DNA from: Nitrospirota bacterium
GTDB lineage: Bacteria > Nitrospirota > Nitrospiria > Nitrospirales > Nitrospiraceae
Length of the DNA: 64,000 nucleotides
Reading direction: 5' to 3'
Assembly: GCA_963703955.1 (NCBI GenBank)
Contig: CAVPGK010000006.1
Coordinates: 32,001-96,000, forward strand
Positions 61,261 through 64,000 of this stretch are shown here, one piece after another. The position numbers and the translations under genes are program-made. The notes beneath the pieces were generated by a model that saw nothing but the letters and a program-made list of their open reading frames with translations, had not been told where the DNA came from and did not search any database. How positions within the stretch are numbered: the first letter of the stretch is position 1; every line of letters begins with the position of its first letter.

Positions 61261-61593
61261 ATGTACACCAAACTTGCTTTGCTCATCTGCTTGGCAGCAA
61301 CCTTGTGGCAACCGATTTCTGTCGAGGCGCGCCGGGGCGATATCTTCACCATTATCGAAGGCTTTATGGCGAAGCAGTTCCCGGAGGCCAAAAGTCACTT
61401 CTGGGTTGTGAACGCCACCCAGTGGCAGGCCGAAGATGAGATCGTGGTCGACCTCAACACGGTGGTGGTGGGCAAGGTCGGTCAAGCACCAACTGAAAAT
61501 CGGTTCTTGCTGTTGATCGTCGGCGACAGGCTCGCGGCGGCTCAGAACATTCCCATGGATGCCGCCGTGGAGTGTAATCCCGAGCGGGCCTGA
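61261..61593 (+). CDS. Small exported hypothetical protein
   Basis: GGGAGG RBS and signal peptide ending VEA-R. Confidence 0.7.
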   Translation: MYTKLALLICLAATLWQPISVEARRGDIFTIIEGFMAKQFPEAKSHFWVVNATQWQAEDEIVVDLNTVVVGKVGQAPTENRFLLLIVGDRLAAAQNIPMDAAVECNPERA

Positions 61594-61623
61594 ACGGCGC
61601 GCGGCATTCACTCCCAAAACAAA

Positions 61624-61657
61624 CGCCCCATCCACTGGTCGAGAGTGGATGGGGCGA
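61624..61657. terminator. Hairpin between convergent genes (probable terminator)
   Basis: CCCATCCACT-GGTCGAG-AGTGGATGGG. Confidence 0.55.
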
Positions 61658-61690
61658 TCCTGTTTTGAGGATGGATAACCTTGAACGGTG

Positions 61691-62173
61691 TTACTTGATC
61701 ATCAAGAATCTCCCGCCGATATGCCCCGGATGAAGATGGCATTTGTAGGTCAGGGTGGATCCCTGAGTGGCATAAAAGAGATCGCTGGTCGGGATGCCGA
61801 TGTACTTGCTCTCGCCCGGCTTCAAGACAACCTGCACCTTCAACGCAGTCGGAGCGGCCTGCTCTGCATCATCAACTGTCATGAAGAACCCATGCTCGGC
61901 TGACGAATTGTTGGTCACCTTGAGAACGAGCGGCCGGCCGGCCCGTGCTTTAAAGTCAATGATCGTGGCGGGCGGATACCACACCTTCGCGTTTCCAATC
62001 TCCATCGCAAACAGTTCCTGATCCACGGGCAGTTCCTTGAATGGCTGGCCCACGACAGATCCGGTCTCGAGATCGCCTATCTCGACACCACCGGCTTGCA
62101 TGGCGAATGAGGTAGACGCCCCCGCCGCAATGACCACTAGGCCGAAAAAGATCGACAATAGCATCTTACCCAT
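61691..62173 (-). CDS. Exported cupredoxin domain protein (nitrosocyanin-like)
   Basis: Signal peptide, KVTNNSSAEHGF, LKPGESK and YKCHLHPGH; RBS GGAGG. Confidence 0.82.
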   Translation of the reverse strand: MGKMLLSIFFGLVVIAAGASTSFAMQAGGVEIGDLETGSVVGQPFKELPVDQELFAMEIGNAKVWYPPATIIDFKARAGRPLVLKVTNNSSAEHGFFMTVDDAEQAAPTALKVQVVLKPGESKYIGIPTSDLFYATQGSTLTYKCHLHPGHIGGRFLMIK

Positions 62174-62388
62174 GGCCCTACCTCCTTGGGACATAAAATA
62201 TGTGATTAGGTTAATAATGAGGAATTCAACCGCAGCCCAATGCGCCTGGAAGATTTCACCCGCCGACCCCACCCGCCGCTCCTTATAGCATAGGCCCCTG
62301 TGGGAAGCAAGAATCTTCTTTTCATGCTCAATTCAATTTTTGTCTAAAATTGGAGCAGACTTTCAATGGCTTACGAATCAACTGTCCT

Positions 62389-63955
62389 TCAGGGAATTAC
62401 CATCGATCCGTCCTGACCCACTAAGAGATCGTACGGAGCATAGTCATCCGTGAGAACGACTCCTCGTGGCCATTCCGCCTTGCGTTGCGAAGTCAGTAAC
62501 CCATTCACTTCAACAGGCAATCGACGTTGTTCGATGAGACTACTTACGTGAGCCGCGAATTCGGGTTGGCTCATCATCCTCACTCGAGTGCCCGCGAAGA
62601 AGATGAGATTTTCGGCTCCAGGGGGGCTCTTTCGCCACGGACCTTTCACAGCGAACGATTCAATGAAAGGGAACACGGTCCGAAGCGTTTCCACGACGGC
62701 ATAAGACCGCTGACGATCCGGTCCCTCGCCAGACGAAGCCAGATTGACCGCCAAAACCCCGTCGGGACGCAGATGCGAACGCAACTCGCTGAAGAATTCT
62801 TGTGTCGTCAGATGGAACGGAATCAAATGCCGGGCGAATACGTCCAACCAGATGATATCGTATTGCTCATCAGTGGCTCGCAGGAATAGTCGAGCGTCTC
62901 TCGACATGTACGCGATGTTTCGTCGGCCGGGCATAACCGAAATATTGCTCCGCGGCCCAGGCGACCGAGGGATCGACTTCCACCGTATCAAGGCCAAGGT
63001 CTGGCCAGCGACGGGCGAGCCACTTGGCCAGGGACCCACCGCCATGACCCAGAATCAGCGCCCGTTTCGGTTCGGGCGCGATCGCAAGGGCCGCCATCAT
63101 CAGTTGACTGTAAGGGAGGAAAAGCTCGACCGGGTCCGCCTTCCACATTACGGCATGGAAGGTCCGATCGAGAATCAGGTAACGGAAGAGGTCATCATCA
63201 CGAATACGGACCTGCTGATATGGACTGTCTTCCTGGTGGATCGGCGCGGACAGGACCTGTACCGGATGCAGCGAAAACCATCCCAGGCTCACGCTGCTTA
63301 TGAAGAGACACAAACTCCCGGCGGCTCTTGCAACCCTTCCGGCTCGGACCGCAACGGCGCGCCACCACCAGAGTATGCCTAGCAGAACCTGAACGCCACC
63401 CAAGACCGTGACCAGCGTCATGCTTCCCAGCCATGTCAGCAGATAAAAGGCGGTTCCCCATGTCCCGACCAGGCTTCCGATCGTTGAGACGGCGATCATC
63501 CGGCCGGTCTGTCGCCCCAAGTGTCCAAGATCACCGATCGACAGCCGAAGAAGAGCGGGCAAGACTCCGCTCAGGCAGAATGCCGGAGGAGCCAGCAACA
63601 CACCTACCGCCAGACATGGACCCCATCGCGGATCCTGGATTGACGCAGAGACCTTCAACATGACCGGCTGTCCGACCCCTGCGAGAAGAAACGTCCATCC
63701 CCCAGAGACGAGAAGGAGCCAGGCGAGCAGCGCGCCTCCGTGGTAACGATCAGCCAGCCACCCTCCCATAGCATATCCGCTGCTCATCGCCGCCAGAATA
63801 ACCCCGATAAGCGCGCCCCACACATAGAGGGAGTTGCCGAACACCGGGGCCAGCAGTCGGCTTCCTAAGATTTCAAGCGCCATCACCGAGGCCCCGCTGA
63901 TGAACGCGGTGATTAGCAGCCAGACTCGAGACCATTGGGAGTGACTGGAACTCAT
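62389..63955 (-). CDS. Fused membrane domain / spermidine synthase-like methyltransferase, split by an apparent +1 frameshift near 62900
   Basis: SRLLAP.FG, STIGSLVG, SPYQ, LILGHGGGSL and VEVDP in ORF1; DARLFL, YDIIWLD, PFHLTT.EF and LTDDYAP in ORF2. Confidence 0.87.
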
Positions 63956-64000
63956 ACGGAGGGGATGAACCGACAGATCCGAACGGGGATGAAGCGGGGG

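Overview
This is a bacterial chromosome window of mostly core genes. Gene content and order suggest a Nitrospira-like (Nitrospirota) genome, which is inference only. From left to right: (1) the 3' end of an ArnT-like glycosyltransferase converging on a minus-strand phoH-ybeY-ftsY-M1 peptidase-PD40/TolB-like-PAP2 operon; (2) a ~13 kb type IV pilus accessory locus with pilD, two tandem divergent fimT-pilV-pilW-pilX sets, a vWA-type pilY1, an Ig-like protein, and a sigma54 promoter plus IHF site; (3) a LuxR-type HTH gene, rlmB, cysS and surE; (4) a ~5.8 kb degraded island between an intact tRNA-Pro(GGG) and a displaced 5' half of the same tRNA, carrying a CGNR regulator, an alpha/beta hydrolase, a MOSC protein, a truncated TPR gene, and an intact IS3 abutting a truncated IS5; (5) merR-ihfA and the alaC-hom-thrC-apgM-like-lysC-cimA operon; (6) pdxJ-acpS-nnr-tsaE-HIT-lapA-mutS; (7) two unknown exported proteins behind a long leader; (8) rimP-nusA-infB-DUF503-rbfA-truB-rpsO-pnp-M16; (9) dat, I42, Rieske, DUF192, ferredoxin, a nitrosocyanin-like cupredoxin and a spermidine-synthase-like gene. 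nusA and the spermidine-synthase-like gene each carry a single-base frameshift, probably assembly errors. I saw no CRISPR array, rRNA, integrase or defence system. The best leads are the 5'-restoring tRNA island, the exported protein pair with its leader, the CGNR operator palindromes, the degenerate ApgM-like protein and the duplicated minor-pilin sets. None is proven novel without database searches.
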